The notes beneath the pieces were generated by a model, which made no database searches, was not told where the DNA came from, and saw only the letters and a list, made by a program, of their open reading frames with translations. Below are positions 1 to 10,649 of a DNA stretch of 64,000 nucleotides, one piece after another (within the stretch, counting starts at the first letter, position 1; each line of letters starts with the position of its first letter). Location: the NCBI GenBank assembly GCA_037443005.1, contig JBBIPE010000001.1, forward strand, positions 1,634 through 65,633. The letters are read 5' to 3'. The translations under genes and the position numbers were made by a program. The stretch comes from an archaeon. GTDB lineage: Archaea; Nanobdellota; Nanobdellia; Parvarchaeales; Parvarchaeaceae.

Positions 1-2
1 TT

Positions 3-341
3 CAGGAGAAAGTAGAATCTCCAGAAGTTTCACCATTTGAAGAGATTTCATTTGAGAAGCAGTTCAGTCCGCAGTCGGATTTACAGAAAAAAATGTTTGA
101 AACGGTTAATCCTAATCTTGAAGCGGATCAGGCCGCAGAAGAGGGTGATGAAATCATCAATAATCCAATAAATCTTTTACTGAAATTAGTTAAGGAAAAA
201 CGTGCAGTGACACTACCTCAGGCCGCACAAACTTTAAATGTAAGTAAAGACTTAATAGACACATGGGCTAAGATATTAAGCCAAAGCTCTCTTATAAGGA
301 TAAGATACCAGCTTATGGGAGACACGATACTTGAAGCATGA
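3..341 (+). CDS. Hypothetical protein, 5'-truncated by the window; C-terminal winged-helix-like domain
   Basis: Frame is open from base 3 to TGA at 341; C-terminus LLKLVKEKRAVTLPQAAQTLNVSKDLIDTWAKIL looks like an HTH; ATGA overlap with the next gene. Confidence 0.6.
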   Translation, partial: QEKVESPEVSPFEEISFEKQFSPQSDLQKKMFETVNPNLEADQAAEEGDEIINNPINLLLKLVKEKRAVTLPQAAQTLNVSKDLIDTWAKILSQSSLIRIRYQLMGDTILEA

Positions 342-1054
342 AAATGGAAAAAAACTCAGATATCAAAGTGGAAAGAGAAACGACAGGCATACCTGGTTTA
401 GATGAGGCACTTAATGGTGGATTCCCTAAGAACAGTGTAATTCTCCTGACGGGAACACCTGGGGCCGGCAAGACAACTTTTTCTATGCAATTCCTAGTAG
501 ATGGCGCAAAAAAAGGGGAAAAATGCCTTTATTTTACGTTGGAAGAAAGCGCTGATGATATAATTGAGCAATTTCAGCTTTTCGATCCAAAGTTAAAGGA
601 GTACATTGAGAATGGGTTAATAAAGATAGTTACAATACCTCTGGTGGATTACGATTCATTAAAGGAAGTTGTTTCATCCGAGCTTGACGCTATGGGAGCG
701 CAGAGATTAGTAATAGACTCCGTTACATACCTACAGATGTTCTTTTCTGATGTGATGTCGATAAGAAAGGCGATAATAGAGCTTTCGACCATAATAAAGG
801 CAAGGAACTGTACTTCAATATTCATAGGGGAGATGCCTTACGGGGAAAACAAGCTTTCTTCCTTCGGTGTTGAGGAATTCGCGTCAGATGGAGTTATTGC
901 CGTGTATATGGTAGAGAAGCAGGGTTCTTTTATAAGAGCTTTAAGAATAGTAAAAATGAGGCTTACAGACCACTTGACTAAATTTATACCTCTTGATATA
1001 AAGCCCACAGGCGTAGTTGTTTATCCTTCTGCAGAGCTCTTCGCAGAGATTTGA
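338..1054 (+). CDS. KaiC/RAD55-family RecA-superfamily ATPase (single domain)
   Basis: TGIPGLDEALNGG, Walker A GTPGAGKT, EES, RLVIDS, RALRIVKMR motifs. Confidence 0.9.
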   Translation: MKMEKNSDIKVERETTGIPGLDEALNGGFPKNSVILLTGTPGAGKTTFSMQFLVDGAKKGEKCLYFTLEESADDIIEQFQLFDPKLKEYIENGLIKIVTIPLVDYDSLKEVVSSELDAMGAQRLVIDSVTYLQMFFSDVMSIRKAIIELSTIIKARNCTSIFIGEMPYGENKLSSFGVEEFASDGVIAVYMVEKQGSFIRALRIVKMRLTDHLTKFIPLDIKPTGVVVYPSAELFAEI

Positions 1055-1055
1055 T

Positions 1056-1997
1056 ATGGCTCTCTGGATTGAAAAATACAGGCCGCAGTCTTTTGATGAG
1101 ATAATAGGACAAAAAGAGATTATTGAAAAATTAAAAGCAATGGCTGATAAAAAGGAGATACAGCACATGATACTTTCTGGTCCACCTGGTGTAGGCAAAA
1201 CAACCTGTGCCGTTGTTCTCGCGAAGGAAGTCTTTGGAAATACTTGGAACCAGAATTTCATAGAATTAAACGCATCAGACGATAGAAAGCTTAGTGTTAT
1301 ACAAGGCAAAGTAAAGGAATTTGCAAGGACAAAACCAATAGACTCTCCGTTTAAGATTATACTTTTCGATGAAGCCGACTCTTTGACGCAGGAGGCGCAG
1401 CAGGCATTAAGAAGGATGATGGAGGAGTACAGCGCAACATGCAGATTTCTTTTCAGTGTTAACTACCAAAGCAATATAATAGAGCCTTTGCAGTCAAGGT
1501 GCGCAATATTGAGGTTCCAGCCACTTTCAAAGGCTGATGTAAACAAATTTATAGACAGAATAGCCAAAAGCGAGAAACTTGAAGTTGATACTGAAGCCAA
1601 GGATGCATTAGAATATGTTTCAAGAGGAGATTTAAGAACGCTTGTGAATTTGATACAGTCACTTGCCAATGTATCAAATAAGATAGATGCAAAGGCCATT
1701 TTGCAGAGCAGCGGGCTTATGGACGTCTCTAAAACTATAGATGGTCTTAAGGCTGCATTATCTGGTGACTTCAAAAAATCAAGGGAGATATTCTCAACAA
1801 TACTTGAAAGTGGAATAAACATGAAAGAGCTCCTTATATCCATATTCAATATAATCTCAACAACCGATATAGTAAACGATAAAGTCAAGAATTATGTATT
1901 TGAAAAGCTGGCTGAAACGGATTATAGGATAGTTGAGGGAGCAACGCCCTTTATACAGTTTCAGGCTTTTTTAGCTTTTCTATCAAGCTTAAAGTAG
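1056..1997 (+). CDS. rfcS: Replication factor C small subunit
   Basis: WIEKYRP start, GPPGVGKT, ELNASDDR, DEAD, SRC motif; start taken at MALWIEK. Confidence 0.95.
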   Translation: MALWIEKYRPQSFDEIIGQKEIIEKLKAMADKKEIQHMILSGPPGVGKTTCAVVLAKEVFGNTWNQNFIELNASDDRKLSVIQGKVKEFARTKPIDSPFKIILFDEADSLTQEAQQALRRMMEEYSATCRFLFSVNYQSNIIEPLQSRCAILRFQPLSKADVNKFIDRIAKSEKLEVDTEAKDALEYVSRGDLRTLVNLIQSLANVSNKIDAKAILQSSGLMDVSKTIDGLKAALSGDFKKSREIFSTILESGINMKELLISIFNIISTTDIVNDKVKNYVFEKLAETDYRIVEGATPFIQFQAFLAFLSSLK

Positions 1998-2000
1998 TGT

Positions 2001-2978
2001 ATGCTGTCTCTTTTTAAACCGGAAATTAGAATGTTTGCTGAGAATTACTCAAATAGTATATCCTCAAAAGTTCTATCTCTCGTAAAATCCGGCAAATCTA
2101 GGATAATATTTAACGGGCCTGCAGGAACTGGCAAGAATTTTTTAGCTGAGGCAATTGCCAATCAGATTGGCGCATCATTTGAAATCATAAATCTCTATGA
2201 GCTTTACGATGATACACAGAGCGTGGGCTCTCTTATCCGAGATAGCATAAAAAAATCAGCAGTCTCGAAATCTCTTTTTCAGTCAAATAGAAAAGTGATA
2301 TATATAGAGGATATGGAAAAGCTACTTTCTGTAGATCCATCAATAGCTGCTTCTCTGAATTCTCCTATTGGTGATTCCATTATAATATTTGAATCGGAAA
2401 GCGGTGATATATTTCGTAGCAAATACAAAAGGTACCTTTCAGGCTATGATATAGTAAAGTTCTACAAAATAAATAGCAGAGTATTAAAGGTTTTTGCCAC
2501 AAAGCTTGCAATATATAATAAATTAGCTATAGACGATTCAATTATTGACAGCATAGTAAGGAATTCAAATGGGAATATATCAAGCATAATAACAGATTTA
2601 AACACAATTGCGATAGCAGGGACTGAATACAGCGAGGCATTCCGCAATTCAGAGGATTCAATATTTGAAAAGCTGAATGCCGTATTCTCTGGCAAAGTAG
2701 AAAATATAGATATCTATTTTTCATCAGACATGGAAGCCAAGAACTTTGAGATATGGCTTGCTGATAAGGCCCCTCAGGTACTTAAAAGAGAGCAGCTTTA
2801 TCATTTTTTTGAGTCTTTATCCTCCGCGGATATAGTTTTAAACAAGATACGGAAACAAAACTGGAGTTTATTGAAGTACACTAGGAACATAATGGCCTAC
2901 AGCTGCTATGCATTTAAAGTTCAATCACCAAAAATAGACTTTTACGCCCCAAGATGGGATCTATACTACTCAAATTGA
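2001..2978 (+). CDS. rfcL: Divergent, shortened replication factor C large subunit
   Basis: Directly follows rfcS; Walker A-like GPAGTGKN, lid-like IVRNSNGNISSIITDL, C-terminal LSSADIV...QNWSLLKY typical of RFC-L. Confidence 0.65.
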   Translation: MLSLFKPEIRMFAENYSNSISSKVLSLVKSGKSRIIFNGPAGTGKNFLAEAIANQIGASFEIINLYELYDDTQSVGSLIRDSIKKSAVSKSLFQSNRKVIYIEDMEKLLSVDPSIAASLNSPIGDSIIIFESESGDIFRSKYKRYLSGYDIVKFYKINSRVLKVFATKLAIYNKLAIDDSIIDSIVRNSNGNISSIITDLNTIAIAGTEYSEAFRNSEDSIFEKLNAVFSGKVENIDIYFSSDMEAKNFEIWLADKAPQVLKREQLYHFFESLSSADIVLNKIRKQNWSLLKYTRNIMAYSCYAFKVQSPKIDFYAPRWDLYYSN

Positions 2979-3131
2979 TTTTATACTCCTGCTCTCAATT
3001 AGATTAAAAATTACAATTTATTCGATAATACTGATAAACTATATTTTTCAAGCTTTGTAGAAGGAGTCCAAATTAACTAGTATTAATCATGAATTAAAAT
3101 CATTTTTCTCTTTGTTTGAATCATTATTCAA

Positions 3132-3920
3132 TCAATCTTTTTTTATCTTTATATCAAAACAGACTCTCTCAAGATATGGTGCAACTTCTCCCGCATTTAC
3201 AGGCTTTATGTTTATCACTTTAAATCCCTGGTTTAAGCTTTTATTTATTCTTTTTATTATCTCTTCTCTTCCGCTTTCAGCGTCTGTTTTTATAAATGAA
3301 TAAAGGTGTATAGTACATTTTTTATTTGCTGCATAAAGCGCGGAATCAAGAAATTTATAAGCATAAAGCGGAAAATTCATTATTATTCTGTCAAATCCTC
3401 CACCTAACTTTTTCACTATTTTTTTTGAATCACCGCGGTAATAGTTTATGTTGTCTGTTTTGTTAAGTTTTATGTTCTTTTCGAGAAGTTTTATGGCCGT
3501 TTCATTTATATCCATTGCCGTTACATGCTTGCATTTTTTTGCAATTGGTACAGCGAATGGCCCAACTCCACAGAACATATCAAGTACACTCTCTTCTCTT
3601 CCTACTAGATTTGTTACCCTAAGTCTTTCATTTGACATTCTCGGGGAGAAATAGACTTTTTTTACGTCTACATAAAATAACGCTTTGTTCTCCTTATATA
3701 ATGTTAAACTCCCCTTGCCGATAAGTTGCCTTAGTTTCGGGAGTCTTTCCTCTCCGCTTATCATCCCTACTTTTTCGAAAACTCTCTTCACGCTTTTGTT
3801 TTTGGAAAGCAGCTCATTCAACTCTCTTATTTTTTCCTCTTTCTTCAACCTGCCTTCAAACTTGACTATAGCAATATCCCCTATTATATCAAAACCTTTT
3901 TTTATTTTTCCTTTTTCCAT
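3132..3920 (-). CDS. trm5: Trm5/Met10-family tRNA methyltransferase
   Basis: FDIIGDIAI, VYFSPR..ERLR, DMFCGVGPFA, DRIIMNFP motifs; start at MEKGK (3920). Confidence 0.85.
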   Translation of the reverse strand: MEKGKIKKGFDIIGDIAIVKFEGRLKKEEKIRELNELLSKNKSVKRVFEKVGMISGEERLPKLRQLIGKGSLTLYKENKALFYVDVKKVYFSPRMSNERLRVTNLVGREESVLDMFCGVGPFAVPIAKKCKHVTAMDINETAIKLLEKNIKLNKTDNINYYRGDSKKIVKKLGGGFDRIIMNFPLYAYKFLDSALYAANKKCTIHLYSFIKTDAESGREEIIKRINKSLNQGFKVINIKPVNAGEVAPYLERVCFDIKIKKD

Positions 3921-4053
3921 GTAAATTACTAAACAATCCAAAGAAGGGCAAGAATAAAAACAGTATAAACACGAAGATGTGGAAAACAAATATAAGTATA
4001 AGGCTTACTCCCAAAGTAAGTAAACTTATTGCAATCATATATTTGTTTTTCAT
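3889..4053 (-). CDS. Small membrane protein, 54 aa (absent from the ORF track)
   Basis: MKNKYMIAISLLTLGVSLILIFVFHIFVFILFLFLPFFGLFSNLHGKRKNKKRF; ATG overlaps the leuS stop (ATGA) and the ORF fills the gap to trm5. Confidence 0.7.
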   Translation of the reverse strand: MKNKYMIAISLLTLGVSLILIFVFHIFVFILFLFLPFFGLFSNLHGKRKNKKRF

Positions 4054-6770
4054 TTTATGATAAGCATCGGTTTACCTGGCATGGCCTTGTCTTCTTTGCT
4101 TTCCTCTATTTTTATCTTAGATCCCAAATTCTTTTCGATTATTGTCTTTATCTCCTCAAATACTCTTATTTCTTTATCTCTGTCAAGTTTTTTATCCGGC
4201 AGTCTTTTCGGGTTTTTAAGCAGTCTGTTTACAAAGTCGTTTACGGGCAGGCCTTTCCTTAATTCGGAAGGATTTCTGTCTATACTCGCCTTTTCTCTTA
4301 TTTTATTGTATATATCAAACTTTTCCTCAGTTGCTATACCTATTATAATCTCTTTTGGATTACTTTTTGTTATTTTTATCAGACTGTTTATGTCATCGAT
4401 TGTTTTATTTGCAGTATCAAATTCGTTTTCTACTATCTCATTATCATACTCTTTTTTAGTCTCTGGCCAGCTTTTCTGTCTTTCCAGCAATTCTCCCCCA
4501 TTTATTACACTATTAATTTCCTCAGTTACGAATGGGAATATAGGGTGGTTTAGCTTTGAGAAGATAATAAGCGCGTATTTTATCGTTTCTTTGTTGTTTC
4601 CGCCGTAGTTTATATACTGCTTTATATCCTCTGTAAACTCGAAAAACGAGTAATTCACCGCATTTTTATATTTCATGTTCTCATATTCTTTTTCCGTATT
4701 CTTTATAAGGCGGTTTATTTTGGAAAGAAGGAATTCGTCTATAAGCTTTCTTTCTCCCTGAAAGCTTTCAATTATCTCTGTAAGATCCAATATGAACACT
4801 ATTTTCTGTTTAAAGCCGTTTATGTTGTCTAAATCCCAATCTGCATCATCCATACCGTTTGATGCGGATGCTATGAGCCTGGCAGAATCAGCACCGTATT
4901 CATTTACAACATAGTCTATAGTCATAGTGTTGCCCTTTGACTTGCTCATCTTCTGCTTGTTTACTGTCAACCAGCCGTTTATGCTTATCCCTCTTGGAAG
5001 TTTATCCTTGCTGAATATTGCTATATGGTTCATTATAAAGAAAGCTATATGATTTGTTATTAGCTCCTTTGCTGTAACTCTCAAGTCTAGAGGATACCAA
5101 TACTCGAATTCCTTTTTCATTTTCTCTATTTTTTCATCGAATTTCTTCCCGTTTTCCTTTCCAAGTAGGATATAATCGAAAATTTCATCTGTTATCTCTT
5201 CCTCCTTTATATCCTTTATTATATGGGAAAAAGTATAATACGCCATATATATTGTTGAATCACTTAAAGGCTCTATTAGCCAGTTATTATCCCATGGAAG
5301 AGGAGTTCCAAGGCCGCCTTTTCTTGTAGCAGCTTTATCCTCTAGATTATAAACTGCATTTGTAAGCTGGGCCCTTGCTTCTTCAGGCATTATGTTCATT
5401 TTTCCTATCCAATCAAGAGCTTTCTCCTTTAATTCTTTATCAGAATATCTTATGAACCATTGGTTTTCAACCAGCTTTACGACACCCTTTGCACCACATC
5501 TGCATATTACTTCTTTAGAGGGTTCATAGAATCTGTCATATGCGTTCTTTTTCTTTATTAATTCTATAGCACTTTCTTTCGCTTCTTTGACTGGCTTTCC
5601 ACTTAATTCGCCGTTTTTATCGTTTAATCTACCGTAATTAAACTCTGTTTTGTATACATATTTTGTAGCTTCCTGCAGTCCCTTTTCATCCTTTCCGAAC
5701 TTGTTAATAGCATTTTCAATAATGTTTTGATCTTTATCTACTTCTACTATCTTTATCGGATTATTTAGTTTCATATCCTTATTTATCTGATTATAGTAAT
5801 AATAATCCAGCGGAGCATGCATAGGTACGCTCATCACTATCCCTGTGTTTATATCGGTTTTTACAAATTTTCCATTTAGTACTGGAATGCTTTCTCCATT
5901 AATTGGGTTAGCTGCGCTTCTTCCTAAAATACTCTTTATATCAAAATCCTCTATTCTAATTGCATTTTTGCTCTGGTATCCCAGCTTTTCCGTAAACTCC
6001 TTTGAAACTATCCATTCTTCATTGTTTGACAGGTGTATTTTTTTGTAATCTCCATCCTGATTTATCCAGATATTGCTTACGCCGTATATTGTCTCAGGTC
6101 TAAGAGTTGCGGCAGGCAGGACTATATCACCAAGTTTAAACTTTATTATTGTAAATTCCACTGGGCTTTCCCCTTCTCCTTCTGCTCTGTCATGGTCACC
6201 TAGAGCAGTATCCTCATTCGGGCACCAGATTACAGGGTGGCTTCCTTGTTTTATATATCCGAGTTTTTTAAGTGTTCTGAATTGCCACTCAACGAATTTC
6301 GAGTATTGTTTTGTATACGAAAGTATAAAATTTCTCCTCCAATCGATTGAAGCGCCGATTAAATTGAAGTCGCTTTTATAAGTTTTGCCGAAAAACAACC
6401 CTAATTCAAGCGGGCTGCTTGCAAATCTTTCTATATCTGCATCTGTTGCACCTTGCCTTTTCATTAAGTCTATTGCCTTTTGATCCTTATTTTTCAGCCT
6501 CAATGACATGCCTGCCATAGGACCGCCTGTCATATGAAATCCCTGCGGGAAAAGAACATTCTTTCCTCTCATTTTCTGGAATCTAGCGAATATATCGGCC
6601 CTCACCCAAGTGTACATATGGCCTGTGTGCAGTCTTCCATCCGGGTACATTACCGGAACGGTTATGAAGAATTTTTCCTTATTCTCGTCAATATCTGCTT
6701 CATAAAGCTTTTTTTCATTGTATATCCTCCTCCATTTCTCTTCTATTTCCTTAGGCTCATATTTTGGCAT
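4050..6770 (-). CDS. leuS: Leucyl-tRNA synthetase (archaeal type)
   Basis: HIGH-like LHTGH, DHDRAEGEG, ATLRPET editing domain, SDSTIYMAYY, KMSKS. Confidence 0.95.
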   Translation of the reverse strand: MPKYEPKEIEEKWRRIYNEKKLYEADIDENKEKFFITVPVMYPDGRLHTGHMYTWVRADIFARFQKMRGKNVLFPQGFHMTGGPMAGMSLRLKNKDQKAIDLMKRQGATDADIERFASSPLELGLFFGKTYKSDFNLIGASIDWRRNFILSYTKQYSKFVEWQFRTLKKLGYIKQGSHPVIWCPNEDTALGDHDRAEGEGESPVEFTIIKFKLGDIVLPAATLRPETIYGVSNIWINQDGDYKKIHLSNNEEWIVSKEFTEKLGYQSKNAIRIEDFDIKSILGRSAANPINGESIPVLNGKFVKTDINTGIVMSVPMHAPLDYYYYNQINKDMKLNNPIKIVEVDKDQNIIENAINKFGKDEKGLQEATKYVYKTEFNYGRLNDKNGELSGKPVKEAKESAIELIKKKNAYDRFYEPSKEVICRCGAKGVVKLVENQWFIRYSDKELKEKALDWIGKMNIMPEEARAQLTNAVYNLEDKAATRKGGLGTPLPWDNNWLIEPLSDSTIYMAYYTFSHIIKDIKEEEITDEIFDYILLGKENGKKFDEKIEKMKKEFEYWYPLDLRVTAKELITNHIAFFIMNHIAIFSKDKLPRGISINGWLTVNKQKMSKSKGNTMTIDYVVNEYGADSARLIASASNGMDDADWDLDNINGFKQKIVFILDLTEIIESFQGERKLIDEFLLSKINRLIKNTEKEYENMKYKNAVNYSFFEFTEDIKQYINYGGNNKETIKYALIIFSKLNHPIFPFVTEEINSVINGGELLERQKSWPETKKEYDNEIVENEFDTANKTIDDINSLIKITKSNPKEIIIGIATEEKFDIYNKIREKASIDRNPSELRKGLPVNDFVNRLLKNPKRLPDKKLDRDKEIRVFEEIKTIIEKNLGSKIKIEESKEDKAMPGKPMLIIK

Positions 6771-6971
6771 ATTCAACAAAATACGTGCTAATTTTTATAC
6801 TTTAAGTTTATATAAATTTCTAAAATGCAGGCTTGCTGTCTTAATGTTTAAAAATAGCTGTAACTTACTATCTTTGTAATCTTTAAACTAATTTTTAGTT
6901 TAATTTCGAGCTATTTCAATGCAAAATTTTTGACATAAAACTTTATTAATTAAAATTCATTTTAAAGGATA

Positions 6972-8405
6972 ATGGTTGATGGGATAGAAGCAAAAAAAGA
7001 AGCGGATATAATGGCCTGGTACAATCAGGTCGTTCTAAAATCCGAAATGGTTGACTTTTCTATAATAAAGGGGTTTGCAGTTTATAGGCCATACGGTTAC
7101 CAAATGTGGGAAATGAGTGTATCATACCTTGATTCAAATTTTAAGTCTATGGGAGTAAAAAACGCTTACTTTCCTTTGTTGATACCGGAAAGCATACTAT
7201 CCAAGGAGAAGGAACACGTAAAAGGATTCAATCCAGAAGTTGCATGGGTTACTATGGGTGGTGATACAGAATTGGAGGAGAGGTTGGCTATACGGCCGAC
7301 ATCTGAAACCATAATGTATGACAGTTATTCAAAATGGATAAAAAGCTATAGAGATCTTCCGCTTCTTATAAACCAGTGGAATTCAATGGTAAGGTGGGAA
7401 ACCAAGGAGACTCGGCTTTTATTAAGGGGCAGAGAAGTTCTATGGCAAGAAGGCCATTGCGTATTCAGAACAGAGAAAGAGGCCGATGAAAATGCTAGGA
7501 AAATAATAGGAATATACAAACAATTTATGGAAGAAATGCTGGCTGTGCCAGTTCTTTTGGGTAGGAAAAGCGAGAGCGAGAAGTTTGCGGGGGCAGTCTC
7601 TACATATACAATAGAAGCGGTTCTTTCAAATAATTTTATGTCGCAGGCAGGCACTTCTCATTATCTTGGTCAGAATTTTTCAAAGTCATTTGATATAAAA
7701 TTCTTGGATGAAAACAATGAGCTAAAATATCCCTTTCAGACTTCATGGGGTATATCTATGCGTTCCTTAGGCGTAATGGTTTTAGTTCATGGTGACAATA
7801 ATGGTTTGGTTCTTTCACCTCATATAGCTCCTTACCAGTGCGCAATAATACCGATAATGAAGGAAGAAAAGGAAAAGGTGATCCAATACTCAAAGGAAGT
7901 AGAAAAAAGACTTAATGAGCTTGGTATAAGGACACTGCTGCTTGATAGGGAGGATGTTTCACCGGGATGGAAGCTAAATGAAAGTGATATGAAGGGCATA
8001 CCATTAAAAATACAGATAGGGAAAAAAGAGATTGAATCAAAATCTATCTTTGTGAAGACAAGGATAAACAGGGAGCAGTTTTCTGTTGATTTTAAAGATT
8101 TAAACAAAATAAAAGACAAACTTGAGGATATACATGGATTTATGCTTTCTAATGCAAGAAAACAATTAGAAGAGAAGATAAAGGTGGAAAACTCTAAAGA
8201 GAATATGATAAACGAGGTAAAGAATAATCTGTTTATAGTAAAAGCTTCATGGTGTGGAAGCCCAGAATGTGAGGAGAATATAAAGAATGAGACAGGGGCA
8301 ACCTCACGTTTAATACCTTTGGAGAAGGAGGAATTAATAAGCAAAGAATGCATATTCTGTGGTAAGCCAGCCATTTTCAATGCATACTTTGCAAAATCTT
8401 ACTGA
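6972..8405 (+). CDS. proS: Prolyl-tRNA synthetase (archaeal/eukaryotic type)
   Basis: IRPTSET, RWE, WQEGH, GTSHYLGQNF, QTSWG, C-terminal Zn site and FAKSY end. Confidence 0.97.
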   Translation: MVDGIEAKKEADIMAWYNQVVLKSEMVDFSIIKGFAVYRPYGYQMWEMSVSYLDSNFKSMGVKNAYFPLLIPESILSKEKEHVKGFNPEVAWVTMGGDTELEERLAIRPTSETIMYDSYSKWIKSYRDLPLLINQWNSMVRWETKETRLLLRGREVLWQEGHCVFRTEKEADENARKIIGIYKQFMEEMLAVPVLLGRKSESEKFAGAVSTYTIEAVLSNNFMSQAGTSHYLGQNFSKSFDIKFLDENNELKYPFQTSWGISMRSLGVMVLVHGDNNGLVLSPHIAPYQCAIIPIMKEEKEKVIQYSKEVEKRLNELGIRTLLLDREDVSPGWKLNESDMKGIPLKIQIGKKEIESKSIFVKTRINREQFSVDFKDLNKIKDKLEDIHGFMLSNARKQLEEKIKVENSKENMINEVKNNLFIVKASWCGSPECEENIKNETGATSRLIPLEKEELISKECIFCGKPAIFNAYFAKSY

Positions 8406-8896
8406 TGGACTCTATAATATATTATGATGCAATAAAGAGCAGTTATGACAAGCTTTACTTTGAGGAGCAGATAAAGAAGATACGTTTTCTGCTTTCAAAA
8501 TTTGAAATACCAAAATCCGCGGAAATACTTGATGTTGGAGCAGGTTCAGGTATACTTGAAACCGTACTTACAGATAATAAGATAACTGCAGTTGAGCCTT
8601 CCGATATGTCAGAGATTATCGTACAAAGAAAACTTAAGAACGTTTCGCTTATAAGGAAGAAGATAGAGGATTTCAATACAGATGAAAAATTTGATTTTGT
8701 TTTTTGTATTACTGTTCTGCAGGATATAAAGGAGGAGGAGCGTGAAAATATTATAGAAAAGATGTTTTCCCTGGCTAAGGAGGGCGGTTTCATTGTAATC
8801 TCTGTTTTAAAAGCCTCAGGTATAGATCTTTCAGTTTTAAATCCCATTGAAACAGGCGAAATAGAAAATGACAGTTATTTCATATTCAAGAGATAG
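8405..8896 (+). CDS. Class I SAM-dependent methyltransferase
   Basis: ILDVGAGSG motif I, FDFVFCITVLQ. Confidence 0.85.
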   Translation: MDSIIYYDAIKSSYDKLYFEEQIKKIRFLLSKFEIPKSAEILDVGAGSGILETVLTDNKITAVEPSDMSEIIVQRKLKNVSLIRKKIEDFNTDEKFDFVFCITVLQDIKEEERENIIEKMFSLAKEGGFIVISVLKASGIDLSVLNPIETGEIENDSYFIFKR

Positions 8897-9007
8897 AAAA
8901 AGAGCTTATAAATCCTTTATTTATTCCCATAAGTAAAGCTTTTTAAGTTTCAATTTCTACATCTATATTAAAGGTGAATCTTATTTAGGTTTATAAGGAG
9001 GTTGATT

Positions 9008-9280
9008 ATGACAGGAGTAACTAAGGGCGAAAAAATAGATGCGAAGACTATTGTTGGCAAAACCGTTGTCGGAAAAAGCGGTAAGAAAATAGGTGTGGTT
9101 CAGGATCTTATATATGAGGTTAGAACAGGTGAACTCGTTTATCTGTCAATAAAGAATGCTACTTCATATGCTAATACATTCCAGTTTGAAAAGGATGAAA
9201 GTGGCTATGAGGAAATCCCGTACAGTGCAGTTATCTCAATCGGAGATTTTGTAGTAGTTGCGGAAGAAGACATAATTTGA
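9008..9280 (+). CDS. PRC-barrel domain protein (CdpB-like cell-division candidate)
   Basis: IVGKTVVGKSGKKIGVVQDL...IPYSAVISIGDFVVV; upstream TAAGGAG SD-like sequence. Confidence 0.85.
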   Translation: MTGVTKGEKIDAKTIVGKTVVGKSGKKIGVVQDLIYEVRTGELVYLSIKNATSYANTFQFEKDESGYEEIPYSAVISIGDFVVVAEEDII

Positions 9281-9594
9281 ATGATGCCTTAGTTTTCTGT
9301 CGAATTAAGGGATGGTTTAATCATTATTCTAATATTTTATACTTTAAATTGTTCCTCTTTAAACAGGCGTATTTATTGTATACTGCAGTAAAAGATTCTT
9401 ATCGAGCAGATTGATAACTGGAGCAGCAAGCTTATAGAGAATAGCTGGAACTCTCAAAATATGTATACAATTATATTTGATGCATTTGATCTTCTGAAAT
9501 ATGAAATAGTTGGTTGATTTTGATAGCTCAAATCTATCTTTTGTAGACCTTGATAAATTATCTGGCTGCAGTTGATTTTTAATAAATATAAATT

Positions 9595-10380
9595 CTATTT
9601 TTTAAGCAAAGAACTGAAGGATATGGATATTACGAAACCGCTGTAAGTTACTTTTATATTGCCGTAAACTGGCAAACCAAGCGATTCTGATACACATATA
9701 TCCCCGTTTAAGCTTAGTCCTCCACTGTTTTTTGTGAACGAAGCTGTAGAGTTCATATCCATATAACCGCATTTTTCCCCATTGTAATCCTGAGTATATT
9801 TATAGGAAAATACAAAGTCATTAGTGTTGTTTATAGTGTAATTCTCCGACATAATCTTTAAATAAGGGCTGAAGAGGAAATTCTTATTTAACATGCCTGA
9901 AATGGCAGATGCTATCTCTGTTGAAAAATTATCATCTTGAGCTGCCTTTTTGTATACGCATTTTGTATTACCAGAAGTGCATAGAACAAAACCGGAGCCG
10001 TTGTATAAAGAGGTTGAATTGAATGTTTCATTTACAGAGGATTGCCCTATCAACTCCGCAAGGTTTTCAGTTACAAATGACATCCTGATAATGCTGCCGT
10101 TCCTGTAGATATCCATGCTGGCGGTATATACCACTGGTATCGGAACTGCAAGTTTAGCCTCCGCTGAATACTCTAGGTAGAATTTAGAATGGTTTTCAAC
10201 CCCTTTCTGCACTGCTTGCATTAGTCCAGTGCTGTTTTTTATGGAAGTAACATTTATTATCGGTTGGAATATATTCACAGGGTGATATCCGGTCAAATAA
10301 ATAAAAAATATGATTATAATTACAACCGACAATGGTATTATAACAAATTTAGCATTAATCTTGTATATTCTCATATACAA
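9595..10380 (-). CDS. Membrane-anchored extracellular hypothetical protein
   Basis: N-terminal hydrophobic helix, many N-x-S/T sequons, Cys pairs. Confidence 0.7.
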   Translation of the reverse strand: MYMRIYKINAKFVIIPLSVVIIIIFFIYLTGYHPVNIFQPIINVTSIKNSTGLMQAVQKGVENHSKFYLEYSAEAKLAVPIPVVYTASMDIYRNGSIIRMSFVTENLAELIGQSSVNETFNSTSLYNGSGFVLCTSGNTKCVYKKAAQDDNFSTEIASAISGMLNKNFLFSPYLKIMSENYTINNTNDFVFSYKYTQDYNGEKCGYMDMNSTASFTKNSGGLSLNGDICVSESLGLPVYGNIKVTYSGFVISISFSSLLKK

Positions 10381-10649
10381 TCTCTACAAGCTAATACTAA
10401 AAATAGTTTCTTAATAGATAGTATAGCTAAATGTGTAAAAACGCCAATGAACTCTGCAAACTTTAAGCAGTAAGCCTTTAAAGGCATTCTACAAGAGTCA
10501 ACCGCCTACACTCACACTATCGAAGTTTTTAGAAATGCCAACAGTATATTCACCTTAAATCAATACAAACAACTGCCTTTTGTTGATGAACTTCTACGAA
10601 ACCAGCGGCGGGGATAAGTTTATATAGTATATAATTCTATATAATAGTC

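Noticed and set aside
338..1054. Circadian KaiC or RadA/RadB assignment
   Set aside because: Single-domain archaeal KaiC-like ATPase without kaiA/kaiB; lacks the RadA N-terminal domain
9281..9594. Possible gene remnant in the gap after the PRC-barrel gene
   Set aside because: Only a short start-less frame (KILIEQIDNWSSK...) with no recognisable family
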